Virus record (IMG/VR): IMGVR_UViG_3300025015_000014 | Coordinates: 1-64,000 of that record | DNA from: a virus | Length of the DNA stretch: 64,000 nucleotides | Reading direction: 5' to 3' (one strand) | Shown here: in pieces, positions 28,465 through 37,638 of the stretch | How the letters are laid out: each line of letters begins with the position of its first letter | Position numbering within the stretch: position 1 is the first letter of the stretch | Position numbers and translations under genes: made by a program | Notes under the pieces: model-generated | What the model was told of the DNA's origin: nothing | The model's database searches: none | What the model saw: the letters and a program-made list of their open reading frames with translations, nothing else

Positions 28465-29419
28465 ACTTCACCTCTCTAAATGCATCACGTAGTAATGGGA
28501 CCAAGTGCTTCCGAGTTTCGGGCACATCCTGTGCTAATTGAGCTAACCGAATCGACAAAGAACCATGCCCCCCAGTAATCTGCCGGGTGGGTTCACGTCC
28601 CCGTTGTTCCACAGTCTGACGAACCACCCACCGAGCAGCCACTTTTTTCACCACAGGATCTGCCTTGAGGAACTCGGCCACTGCCTTCTTCCACTTGGGG
28701 GGTGCTTCGAATACACCGGCTTGTCGTTTCAGGGGGTCAGCGTGCCAGAACTTGAAGACCCCGATCTCCTTGTCTTTCTTGCGCCCTTGGGGATCAGGCT
28801 GTATCACAGCAGTCGGGACACCCCGCTCGTCTTGCTTGAACTCTTTGATGATCCCCCTGTGGTTCTTGTACTTGCCGTAGAGAATTGTATCGCCCAGGTT
28901 GAAATAGGAAGCCTCAAGCTCCCCCGCTTCAATCTCCTCTGCCGTTGGGATCCGCACCGTAGCCGTCTTGATCTGTCGCATTCGTTGCCGGACCCGCTCG
29001 GTCAACCTCTCAGGGGAGACCACCAGAATCGGATCATCCAACAAGGCTTCCTGAGCCATTTGAGTCAACTGTCGGATCTCGGCACCCTTGAGGCCAAACT
29101 CCTGGATCAAGGTTGGGGTGTCCAAAACCCTCCCAGGCTGTTCCAGAGCATCAACCAGGTGTCCGGCTGCATCAGCACCCATCTGGACCGTGATCTCTCG
29201 AACCCGTGCCCGCTGGGGGGGCGAAAGGAATGGAATCTTCTTTCCAGTCGGCATCCCCATGTCCATCAAGTCAAACAAGGTTGCCAGGTCTGCTTTCTTC
29301 TCAGCCCAGTTTCCAAGAGCCTCCCGGAATCCCCGGTCGGTCTGGGCAATCTCCTTGACCACATCCAGGAGTCCAAGTTTCTCCATCTCCAGGAGGGCAC
29401 GTTTCACCTTGGGGTTCAC
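28454..29419 (-). CDS. C-terminal fragment of the CCA/poly(A) polymerase-containing protein, with extra domains and tags
   Basis: GTG at 29419 overlaps the endonuclease stop (GTGA). It begins KRALLEMEKLGLLDVV, a typical continuation of the PolyA_pol RNA-binding helices, and carries KKVAARW and a terminal LAQDVPETRKHLVPLLR. Confidence 0.6.
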   Translation of the reverse strand: MNPKVKRALLEMEKLGLLDVVKEIAQTDRGFREALGNWAEKKADLATLFDLMDMGMPTGKKIPFLSPPQRARVREITVQMGADAAGHLVDALEQPGRVLDTPTLIQEFGLKGAEIRQLTQMAQEALLDDPILVVSPERLTERVRQRMRQIKTATVRIPTAEEIEAGELEASYFNLGDTILYGKYKNHRGIIKEFKQDERGVPTAVIQPDPQGRKKDKEIGVFKFWHADPLKRQAGVFEAPPKWKKAVAEFLKADPVVKKVAARWVVRQTVEQRGREPTRQITGGHGSLSIRLAQLAQDVPETRKHLVPLLRDAFREVKYDV

Positions 29420-30243
29420 TTTAACACCCCCAACAAGTGCCCGCGACACCCCTCGGGGTCTGCCTTGATGTCCTTCTCCCACATCTCAACAAGAGTGTAC
29501 CCCCGATTGGCAAGGAAAGTCCTCTTGGCTCTATCCCGCCTGATGTTGGCCTTTTGTGTGGCATCCAAGCATTCGGGAGAATACACAGAGGGATTACCAT
29601 GCCAGTAATCCCCGTGAGTCTCGATCACGGTTTTCCCCAAGAGAAAGTCCACCACGTAGAACCCAACCACAACCTGAGAAACATAGATCTTTTCAGCCGA
29701 AATGAGCCAACTTGCAACCTCTTTCTCTATCCAAGTCGGCCTTCCACTAATAGCCCACCTAGACCACCCCTGTCGCATCTTGACTAGATGGGCTTGCCGG
29801 AATTCCTCAGACCGACCAGCCCACCGGATCGTAGCTTTTCTTGAAAGCACAAGCAACGCTGTCTCAGGAAGGGTTTTTCCTCGCATGGGGCTTGGTTTTC
29901 CGAACATGGGGTTTTCTGAACCCGCTAGCCACTTGCGTTTGCCAGAAACGAACCCCTCTTTGGCAGCTTTCCGAATCCTCTCCCGAGTATCCTCACTAAC
30001 AGTAACCCCACGACGCGCACTGGGTTTCCCAAACATCCCATTCCCAGCACCGCTCATCTTCTCAGACATGATGCGCCGAGTCTGCTCTTTGGTGTGCCGA
30101 AGATGCAGCCTCTTCACCTGTACCCGCACTGAGGTCAGAGACCGGCAAGACAACAAAGCCGCTACATCCTCAAGTGAGACCCCCTTCCCCCAAGCCTGCA
30201 CGAGAGTGTCGATCTCCTGAGAAGACCATGCTTTCCCGAACAC
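29416..30243 (-). mobile_element. Putative homing endonuclease (NUMOD3 repeats plus Vsr/DUF559-like PD-(D/E)XK domain)
   Basis: G.GNGMFGK / G.ENPMFGK NUMOD3-like repeats. C-terminal 'YVVDF...VIETHGDYWHG...D..K...GY.LV..WE.DI'. Confidence 0.75.
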
Positions 30244-31008
30244 TCAACCCCCCTCCATGGTCTTGACCAGAATGGAGAAAATAGCATTGGGGGGAACATT
30301 CTTCAACTTGGGGGCGTTCCGCCGAATCGCGGCTTCCGTTTCCGGGTCCAGCTTGAACCCGTATTTCACCATGAAACGAACAGCACGCAACATCCTCGTA
30401 GGATCGTCGGAGAAAGTCTTGTCCGGATCCGATGGACACCGCATCGTCCGATCCTGGAGATCCTTGAGTCCACACCCAGTCAGGTCCAGGATCTCAGCTT
30501 TGTCAGGACCCTTGGCCAGGTCGTAGAGCCGCCACATCAAACTATTGAAAGTGAACTCACGCCTGTAGACATCCTCTTCAACCGTAGCAGGCTCAACCGT
30601 GTGGGGCTTGTAGCCCTTGCCCTCTTCCCCACCATAGGACTCCTTACGGGCATTGGCTATCTCAATGACCTCCCCATTCAGATTCTCCCCATTCAAGTCC
30701 CAGTCACCCTTGACTGTGAGTATGGCAACCCCGTAGGAATTGGTGGTCAGGTTCGTGTGAACCGGGATGGCTTTCTGGACCTCTTTGGCAAACCAAGCTG
30801 AGGCATCTGAGCGGCGGAGGGCCACAGGGTCAATAACCACGTCCAGGTCTTTGATGGGTTCCCCGATGACCCAGTTGCGGACGGCTCCGCCGACCACGTA
30901 TGTGTGCTCGCCTACACCCAGTCGTTTGGCTACCCCCGACAAGAACTTCATCAGGGCCACGGACATCCGTTGGGTCGCGGCAGCTATTTGTAGGGGGGTG
31001 GCTTGCAC
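30244..31008 (-). CDS. tRNA nucleotidyltransferase (CCA-adding)/poly(A) polymerase family head domain, N-terminal fragment
   Basis: YVVGGAVRN...KDLD, EIA.AR.E.Y, ED..RREFTFNSL, GL.DL....R, F.DDP.R.LRAVRF are class II NTase motifs A-E. Confidence 0.88.
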   Translation of the reverse strand: MQATPLQIAAATQRMSVALMKFLSGVAKRLGVGEHTYVVGGAVRNWVIGEPIKDLDVVIDPVALRRSDASAWFAKEVQKAIPVHTNLTTNSYGVAILTVKGDWDLNGENLNGEVIEIANARKESYGGEEGKGYKPHTVEPATVEEDVYRREFTFNSLMWRLYDLAKGPDKAEILDLTGCGLKDLQDRTMRCPSDPDKTFSDDPTRMLRAVRFMVKYGFKLDPETEAAIRRNAPKLKNVPPNAIFSILVKTMEGG

Positions 31009-31033
31009 GACAAGGCTCCTCTCACAAGGAGCA

Positions 31034-31050
31034 GTATAGACTCAGAACCG
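31034..31050 (-). promoter_or_regulatory. Candidate phage late promoter (CGGTTC-N5-CTAT)
   Basis: Minus strand CGGTTCTGAGTCTATAC between the portal and CCA genes. A variant of the recurring motif. Confidence 0.4.
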
Positions 31051-31062
31051 GGGCAGAGCCGC

Positions 31063-32748
31063 TTAGAACCGACCCTCTTCCTTTGTCTCTGTATACTTGA
31101 GCTTCAACCGTGCTGCAATCTGCTGAGTCAGGTCTGTCTTTTCAGCCAGGGCTGACCCTGTCGCCGAATATGCTGCCCGAAGTACCTCATTGAACAGAGC
31201 ATCGTTGAATGTGGCGAAATCTCGTTCCAGCTTCTCCTTGGTTGTGGTCGGGTCGATGTTGAGCAGATCCAGGATGATGTCAATGTCCAACGACCCCTTC
31301 TGGTAGAGATTGAACAGGGCATCGAACGTGTCAGAATTGTCTCGTAAGGCCAATCGGGTGAAGGACAATCGGGGAACTATAACGGTCAGAATCTCGTCTT
31401 CGTCCTCCTCTACAAAGCCCATTCGTTTGCACATGGGCTTGAAAAAATGTTCCTCCACCATGTCCTGAAGCACTTCCCGGAGCAGCATATACCGGGTGTT
31501 GATAACCTCCAGATGGAGTCTGTCCCCCGAATAGGTGGACTCGCCGGAAAGTAGGCTTTCGGTCACTCCCAAGCCTGCATACATCTGTCGATCAGTGAAC
31601 TCCCAGACCCAGGACCAATCAGGGAGCCGCTGGTCTGCTCCCATTTCCTCCCAGTTGACCGCAAAGTTCGTGACTATGGAAAAGTCCGGATCCTGGAGAG
31701 CCATGTCTACTTGCTCTCGCAGTGCCTCGGTCTGAAGGTCATTCATGTCCTCGGCATAGATGACCCTCATAGGCGTCATGTGCCGAGAGGCAATCGAGGT
31801 CAGAGATTGCCGCACCTTGTCACGGAAGACCAATATCCGCAGACACCGTTGGAGGATGCTCTTTCCCCTGGGTTCATATTGACTTCGCCGTCGGGCGAGG
31901 TAGTAACAGAAAGAACCGGCATCGGGATCCGTGTTCAACGGGATGTTCTGTCCGTGTTGGATTGCTTCCACCACATCTTGAGGCATGGACTGTGCAACCC
32001 GTTGAGCTTGCACATCCCCCTGTTGTGCTCTTTGAATGACCCCCTTGGTTTTGGCATCGGGAACCAGTTCGATGATTCGTTCGTCGGTGAAGGGGAAAGA
32101 CTCCATCTTCACCTGTTCCGGAGGAAGTACCCGGAGGGCTGTCCAACCTGAGTAGTTCTTCTTGAGCCAGGCTACTGCAACATCGGAGGCATCCTCCTTC
32201 TCAATCCAGGTTTCTTTGGCCTCTCCGTCGGTGTCTATCTCCCGCACGGGCCGATGGGTGATCTCTTGAGGCATGTCCGGTGAGGAATCCTCACAGAAAA
32301 TGAAAACCTCTCCGAGCAGGAAGTAATCATGGACGATCTCCATGAGTCGGTGTAACAACCCGATTTTCTTGGCCCATTTTTCACAGAACCTCAGAGACTT
32401 CTTGGCCAATTCTCGGTCTTTGGCCTCCGGCATCCCCAAACGGATCTTCGAGAGGGGCAGTTCGGTATGCAGATCAATGGCCTGACCGACGAAAGGGTCG
32501 TGCTCATAGAAAAACCGGTAGTAGTTCCGTTGTTCGTCTATCGACTGGGGCAGTTCGAGAAAGTCAGTGGAGAGTTCAGGGGAGTAGTAGTTGCCGAAAG
32601 CAGCGTTCCCGGCCATGCCCGTAGTAGGGAATGCCACACGGCGCATGGCTGCTGTGATGATCTTGTCAGGCTTACCCGTCTTGACCCCCTTACGAGGAGG
32701 GATCTGGGCAACTACCCTGGCTTCATCCGGTGGGTTTGCACGAGCCAT
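31063..32748 (-). CDS. Portal protein
   Basis: 561 aa downstream of the terminase. YRFFY..DP.VGQAIDLH.E.PLS, 'DYFLLGEVF', 'RG.SIL.R', 'AGLGV...LL.GE' fit portal architecture. Confidence 0.8.
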   Translation of the reverse strand: MARANPPDEARVVAQIPPRKGVKTGKPDKIITAAMRRVAFPTTGMAGNAAFGNYYSPELSTDFLELPQSIDEQRNYYRFFYEHDPFVGQAIDLHTELPLSKIRLGMPEAKDRELAKKSLRFCEKWAKKIGLLHRLMEIVHDYFLLGEVFIFCEDSSPDMPQEITHRPVREIDTDGEAKETWIEKEDASDVAVAWLKKNYSGWTALRVLPPEQVKMESFPFTDERIIELVPDAKTKGVIQRAQQGDVQAQRVAQSMPQDVVEAIQHGQNIPLNTDPDAGSFCYYLARRRSQYEPRGKSILQRCLRILVFRDKVRQSLTSIASRHMTPMRVIYAEDMNDLQTEALREQVDMALQDPDFSIVTNFAVNWEEMGADQRLPDWSWVWEFTDRQMYAGLGVTESLLSGESTYSGDRLHLEVINTRYMLLREVLQDMVEEHFFKPMCKRMGFVEEDEDEILTVIVPRLSFTRLALRDNSDTFDALFNLYQKGSLDIDIILDLLNIDPTTTKEKLERDFATFNDALFNEVLRAAYSATGSALAEKTDLTQQIAARLKLKYTETKEEGRF

Positions 32749-32757
32749 GCTTTACCT

Positions 32758-33066
32758 CTAGGTTCCCTGAACACGAGATTCTGGGATTGGAGCAACCTTC
32801 GTGTCCTCGGGTTGCAGATCCGGGTCGGTCATGTCCAGAGTGGGAACTACCCGGGGCATCTCTAACAACATCTGATGGGTTCTCCGAACAGTTGCCAAGA
32901 CCCCTTGAAGTTTCCGGCTACGTGGATCCTGTCCTGGCTCTCTGGAGGCTTGCCGAAGCATCTTGGCCCCCACCTGTTGTGCAGAGCCGAGTTCGGCGAT
33001 AGCCCGGTCAAGATGCCGGAACAGCCCTTGATCCTCGGCGGGCATCATGCGGGTACGAAACCGCAC
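32758..33066 (-). CDS. Hypothetical protein
   Basis: ORF in tight minus-strand gene packing, GGGAGG upstream. Confidence 0.55.
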   Translation of the reverse strand: MRFRTRMMPAEDQGLFRHLDRAIAELGSAQQVGAKMLRQASREPGQDPRSRKLQGVLATVRRTHQMLLEMPRVVPTLDMTDPDLQPEDTKVAPIPESRVQGT

Positions 33067-33067
33067 G

Positions 33068-33325
33068 TCAAGCCTCCCAGGTGTAGTGTTTGGTCAAGAG
33101 TCCTTTCTTGAAGGCCGCCTTGATGACTTCCTTCAACTTGGACATATCCGCCGGAGATCCATGAAACAGACGGACCCAGGAACCACCATACCGTAGAAAC
33201 ACATCGGAGATCAGGTTGAACTCCTCAGGGACGGCTTCTGTCTTACCCGCCAGAATCGAGGAATAGAGCTTCTTGATAAGCCGGTGGTCGGCTCGAAGGG
33301 GTTTCCTGGGATCTGGGGTAGCCAT
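33068..33325 (-). CDS. Hypothetical protein
   Basis: GGAGGTGA RBS before the ATG at 33325 (MATPDP...). Confidence 0.6.
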   Translation of the reverse strand: MATPDPRKPLRADHRLIKKLYSSILAGKTEAVPEEFNLISDVFLRYGGSWVRLFHGSPADMSKLKEVIKAAFKKGLLTKHYTWEA

Positions 33326-33326
33326 C

Positions 33327-33713
33327 TCACCTCCACCAATAACAGGCCAAGCCATTGAAAAGCAAATGAATTGTGTTGTCAGCAATGATCAACAGCCACA
33401 CGGTCAACCAGGTAGGTCGGTCGTCGGGGAACCCTGTCTTGGAGCAGTTGGCCCAAGATTGATTTGAGCCAATCCAGTTCCGGAGCCAAACCAGGTAACG
33501 AGCCAACCCCCACCGGTCCATCAGAAAATGGGTGTCCAAGATGATCATCAGAGCGTGTGGCGATTGGGTAACAGCCAGGAAAGGCACGGTATAACAAGCA
33601 CAGTGAATCAGACACCATAGGCTACTGGTCCTCTTACGGAGGGCCATGGTGTCTGACTGAAGTAGGTAATCACCGACAAGATGGGCTACGATCTGGTCCC
33701 CGGTGATGATCAT
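33327..33713 (-). CDS. DUF3307-family membrane protein
   Basis: AHLVGDYLLQSD.MA..K...H...Y...THFLMDR...IADNTIH signature. Confidence 0.75.
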   Translation of the reverse strand: MIITGDQIVAHLVGDYLLQSDTMALRKRTSSLWCLIHCACYTVPFLAVTQSPHALMIILDTHFLMDRWGLARYLVWLRNWIGSNQSWANCSKTGFPDDRPTWLTVWLLIIADNTIHLLFNGLACYWWR

Positions 33714-35560
33714 CGTCGCCCTCTGATGTGTCCATGCACAAGCCGGGAGGGCTGTCGGTCAGGGCTTGTTCCATACCCTCGACGATGCAGTAGGTTCCTG
33801 GTCAGAGGTGGGACGACTGTGCCAATTGCTCTGGTGGTTGCCCCGCGTCCTGTGGCTGCATATTTGGGTTGTCCCAGATGTTGACTGGCCAGCCAAACCA
33901 TTCGCACAAGAGCATCCGAACGGTCATCGTGTTTTCCGTCGATCTTTGGAGCAGACACGATGGTCACATACTTGGACTGATACTGTGCCTGAAGCTCTAG
34001 GAGTTCTGCAATGTAGCTACAATGCTTGCCCGGCTCATTTACGGGCAGGGGCCAATCATAGAGAACCAGTCGTCGGTCCCACATCATGTCCTTGAAGTTC
34101 TGGGAAATCTTGGAGTTGAGGGGCTTGGTCATGTGTTCGGACTTCAATGCCCGAAGTCCTCGTTTCTCCAATGCCTGCTCAAATGGGATACCGGCCCATT
34201 GGTCGAACAAGCCATGGGCCAGAAAGAACTTCTTGGAAAGGGACAGGATCCAGTCAGCGACCTCCTCGAAGTCCAGTCTCTCCAACCCGGCGTGCTTTCC
34301 CTCCCCGGCTTTGATCTGGTCCACCAGATCCAACACGACTCGTTGTTCCCCGTCGATATGCCCAATGGCCACAGCCGAGGCGTCATCTACCAGACCCACG
34401 TCAATCCCGATGAAATGAGGGGTTCTGGCTGCTCCTTGGGACACGGGGCGTCTCGAAGCCTCCACACAAGCGATGAGTTCCTGTTCATCAAGCCAGCCAC
34501 AGGTTGCGTCAAGGAACTGTGCCCCGAACTCGGTAAAGAACACCACCGGATCTTTGAGGTAGTTCTTCTCCAGTTCATGAGCCGGAATGGTAGGGTTGAC
34601 TTCCCAGGTTGGAGCCTGAATTGCCAGCATGTTGGCAGAAGCTGGACCCCCAGACATGGCCATCTGGAAGAGCTTGTAGAACATCCCCTGTCTACCCAAG
34701 GGGGACGAGATAGAGATGGTGCGGCCCTCAACATGCCCAATGGGGATTCGGTGATCCTTCGGATCCTTGGGGGAGAAAGTTGCTGTCGAAGGAGTGACTG
34801 CTTTGTAAACAGCCTCAGCCGAAGACTGCCCAGCATCCGTGAAGTGTGCAATCTCGTCCAAAATGACCACAAAGTTACCAGCACCACGGAGTCCTTTGGC
34901 AATACAAGACCGGAACGTGACTTTGAGGGTGGCCTTGGCCGTAGGATCGTCTGCATACCGACCATACCGGACGATGTCCGCCGGGGTCTGAAATCGGGCA
35001 TAGGTTTGGGTGTTGTTAGCCGTGTAGGGGAGAAAGAAACCACAATTTGAGAAATGTCCCGAGGACTCCTGATAGAGCAGCCCCGCCTGGTCTTTGTCTG
35101 TGGCGACCGAGATGATCTGGATGTTGTTCGTGTGTGGGAGTCCATAATACGCTTGCGGACTGCCCTTCAGAATCAGCTTATAGGTCTCATAAGCTGCGAT
35201 GGCTGCTGCCAAAAAGGTCTTCCCCGACCTTCTGCCAATACTGAGAATTAGCTCTGTTCGCTCTTGGCCGGGGATGACTTCTCGAATGTTGGAACGGCCC
35301 TCATCGAACAGATGCCGGAGATAACTGGCCTCCGTGTAGTCTTGGAAGACCTGTTGTCGCCAGTCGGAAATCTTGAAAGTCTCATGGTCGTCCAGGGCCA
35401 GACCATAGTGGGCCTTCAGGATGATCTTCTGGACGGGGAAAAGGCGGATGTCGAGACCCCACGGGGCCTCAATGAACTCAACAACATCCGCGATCCTGGT
35501 GGACCTGGACATAGCCCTGGTGGCTTGCCCTACCGACAGTGCAATGCCACCAAGACCCAT
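33710..35560 (-). CDS. terL: Terminase large subunit
   Basis: Walker A IGRRSGKT, Walker B VVILDE, coupling motif ISSP, nuclease motifs IGIDVG and HDDRSDAL. Confidence 0.92.
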   Translation of the reverse strand: MGLGGIALSVGQATRAMSRSTRIADVVEFIEAPWGLDIRLFPVQKIILKAHYGLALDDHETFKISDWRQQVFQDYTEASYLRHLFDEGRSNIREVIPGQERTELILSIGRRSGKTFLAAAIAAYETYKLILKGSPQAYYGLPHTNNIQIISVATDKDQAGLLYQESSGHFSNCGFFLPYTANNTQTYARFQTPADIVRYGRYADDPTAKATLKVTFRSCIAKGLRGAGNFVVILDEIAHFTDAGQSSAEAVYKAVTPSTATFSPKDPKDHRIPIGHVEGRTISISSPLGRQGMFYKLFQMAMSGGPASANMLAIQAPTWEVNPTIPAHELEKNYLKDPVVFFTEFGAQFLDATCGWLDEQELIACVEASRRPVSQGAARTPHFIGIDVGLVDDASAVAIGHIDGEQRVVLDLVDQIKAGEGKHAGLERLDFEEVADWILSLSKKFFLAHGLFDQWAGIPFEQALEKRGLRALKSEHMTKPLNSKISQNFKDMMWDRRLVLYDWPLPVNEPGKHCSYIAELLELQAQYQSKYVTIVSAPKIDGKHDDRSDALVRMVWLASQHLGQPKYAATGRGATTRAIGTVVPPLTRNLLHRRGYGTSPDRQPSRLVHGHIRGRR

Positions 35561-35564
35561 AGAC

Positions 35565-36239
35565 TTAGCTCACATTCTTGAGCCGATTCTTGGCTTCGTT
35601 ATCCCAGTCATCATTGAACATCTGAGCAGCCTTGGCCATCACCGTCTCAATCATTTCTGCGGACATACCGCTGCCGTTCATGGCCTCTTGGATGGTTTCT
35701 AGTATGAACCGGAACACAGACTTGAAGCCTGGGGATTGAAGGTCCAAATCACGGGAGGCTATCTGTTCTTTTCGTCGGAGCCATGTATCACTCAAGGTTT
35801 TCAATGCCGAGATCCGTTTGACTGAGATGTTCGACGGGTCTTGCCCAGCCCGTTCTGCTTCTTCCCGCTCAAACTTCAGGCTGGCAGCTTCTTCCCCCAC
35901 GGCCAGAACGACCTGTTGAAGTAGGTCGGAGGACTCAGGATCTCTCCGAGCAACTTCAAGGATGGGATCCACCTGAATGGTCTCGGCCCTACGTTTCATG
36001 ATGGCAGCCACAATGGGCGTGGCCGGAGTCAACACCGGATCTTTTCGACGCCCCGGTGCGGACCTCATCACAATGGGAGTGCCATCCTTCTTGGTTTGGA
36101 TCTCATCTGAGTCCAGGATTTCTTCCCGAGTCCGATAGACCCCCTGTCCCTTTTCATCCTTGACCTTGATGCGGCTTGCCCAAACAGGAACCTTGGCCAG
36201 AAGGGCTGCCTGAATCGTGCTGCTTCTGAGTCGGCCCAC
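35565..36239 (-). CDS. Hypothetical protein, possibly terminase small subunit
   Basis: Helical 224-aa ORF immediately upstream of terL. Positional inference only. Confidence 0.45.
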   Translation of the reverse strand: MGRLRSSTIQAALLAKVPVWASRIKVKDEKGQGVYRTREEILDSDEIQTKKDGTPIVMRSAPGRRKDPVLTPATPIVAAIMKRRAETIQVDPILEVARRDPESSDLLQQVVLAVGEEAASLKFEREEAERAGQDPSNISVKRISALKTLSDTWLRRKEQIASRDLDLQSPGFKSVFRFILETIQEAMNGSGMSAEMIETVMAKAAQMFNDDWDNEAKNRLKNVS

Positions 36240-36249
36240 AGCCGTCTCC

Positions 36250-36789
36250 TTATGGTGTGATCACTGGTGATCCCACCTGCGGAACCCCTGTGGTTAGAGT
36301 ACCACCAGTGGGCACCAAGGGAGTGAAATTCGTGACCAGAGCCGAGGTATGCCAGACCCTGAAGGGTACTTCAACCTGCGGGGAGTCATAGGTGATACTC
36401 ACCACGGCTAAAACAGCCACCGCCTGGAACCCCGGCAAACGAGAAATGGCCGCTGCTAGGGCCGTTGCTGTCTGATTGACCCCAACCCCAGGAGTGAAGT
36501 CGATGCTGCTGATCAAGGTATACTCACCCAGAATCACATGGGCCGGAAGTGTGAAATTGTTGTTGGCTACCGTGAGGCTACCTGTTTGACCCACAACCCC
36601 AGTAGCAGGAACCGTCATCAGGGCTTGCAACCCCCGCCGCCCCTCTCGACGAATACGCCCCATCCGAACCGAAGTACGAAGGGGAATGGGATGGGCAATC
36701 GGCCAGATGCTGGCTGGGTCCGACCCGTTGGCATAGACGCCCACAGGCATTGTGAACCCCCGGCCATGCTGATAGGTCTTACGCAACAT
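36250..36789 (-). CDS. Putative virion structural protein
   Basis: 'GSLTV...DFTPG...TATALAAAI...AV.AVVSITY' resembles the inserted domain of 6522..7754. Confidence 0.55.
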   Translation of the reverse strand: MLRKTYQHGRGFTMPVGVYANGSDPASIWPIAHPIPLRTSVRMGRIRREGRRGLQALMTVPATGVVGQTGSLTVANNNFTLPAHVILGEYTLISSIDFTPGVGVNQTATALAAAISRLPGFQAVAVLAVVSITYDSPQVEVPFRVWHTSALVTNFTPLVPTGGTLTTGVPQVGSPVITP

Positions 36790-36928
36790 GCCTAAACCTC
36801 GCTGAGGGTACGGGCTGAAAACAATCGTAACCCAGTTGTCTCGGAACGTTGCCGTACTACAAGGTCCACAAAATTAGTTGACCTTTGTAGAATCCCAGCA
36901 CGAACCGCAAAAGGCCCGTAAGATTCCA

Positions 36929-37258
36929 TTAATCTTTCACCCGTTTACCTGGGCCGTCCCAAGTACCCTCGGTAACTTCAATGGCCCCATCCCAAAAACC
37001 GCCACGGATTTTGGCAGTCCCTGATATACGACAGTCGCCAGACACACGGGCACGGCCAGAAACCTCGGCATTGTCAAACACCTCGGCGTCGTCAGACACC
37101 CAGGCATCGTCAGACACCTTGGCTTTATCCCGCACACGGGGATTTTTAGGGGCGGCAGAATCTAGGGATTCTTCGGCGGCTTGACGAAGAAGAGGAATCA
37201 GATGCCGTCGAAGTTCAGGATGATCGTGAGCTAGTTTGAGAACTTGATTGCGTAACAT
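36929..37258 (-). CDS. Tagged small protein with hexapeptide (left-handed beta-helix) repeats
   Basis: N-terminal LRNQVLKLAHDHPELRRHLIPLLR, then AKVSDD-AWVSDD-AEVFDN-AEVSGR-ARVSGD-CRISGT-AKIRGG. Confidence 0.7.
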   Translation of the reverse strand: MLRNQVLKLAHDHPELRRHLIPLLRQAAEESLDSAAPKNPRVRDKAKVSDDAWVSDDAEVFDNAEVSGRARVSGDCRISGTAKIRGGFWDGAIEVTEGTWDGPGKRVKD

Positions 37259-37275
37259 CAAAATCCCCCAGACGC

Positions 37276-37638
37276 TCATTTGCATCTCTGCACACAGTTT
37301 TGATAGTCATCCTGATTATGGTAGGCCGGGTTGTCCTGACAATCATGCACACAGTCTAAGTTCTTCTTGTCTGCGGCTTCTTGTTCGGGAGTCTTCGGAA
37401 CCTTGGGGGCTTTTTCCTCGCCCTTTGGTTTCTCTGGGGCTTTTTCCTCGCCTTTGGCCTTCTCAACCAAACTCTCCGGGGGCTTCTTCGAATCCGGGTG
37501 CTCTTTCTTGTATGCCTCCCAGAGTTTTTTCAGCCGGTCCTTGAAGCCCGCATCCTTGCGTAGCAACGGCACAAGATGACGCCGCAATTCCGGAACAGCA
37601 TGAGCCAACTTGATAACCCGACTACGTAGATCCGACAT
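37276..37638 (-). CDS. Tagged small Lys/Glu-rich protein with C-terminal CxxxC...CxxxC
   Basis: N-terminal LRSRVIKLAHAVPELRRHLVPLLRK, duplicated KGEEKAP, GGAGG RBS. Confidence 0.65.
   Translation of the reverse strand: MSDLRSRVIKLAHAVPELRRHLVPLLRKDAGFKDRLKKLWEAYKKEHPDSKKPPESLVEKAKGEEKAPEKPKGEEKAPKVPKTPEQEAADKKNLDCVHDCQDNPAYHNQDDYQNCVQRCK

Noticed and set aside
28565-29608. 347-aa plus-strand ORF (likewise 34022..35050 and 23122..23991)
   Set aside because: These overlap well-supported minus-strand genes and have shadow-like composition.
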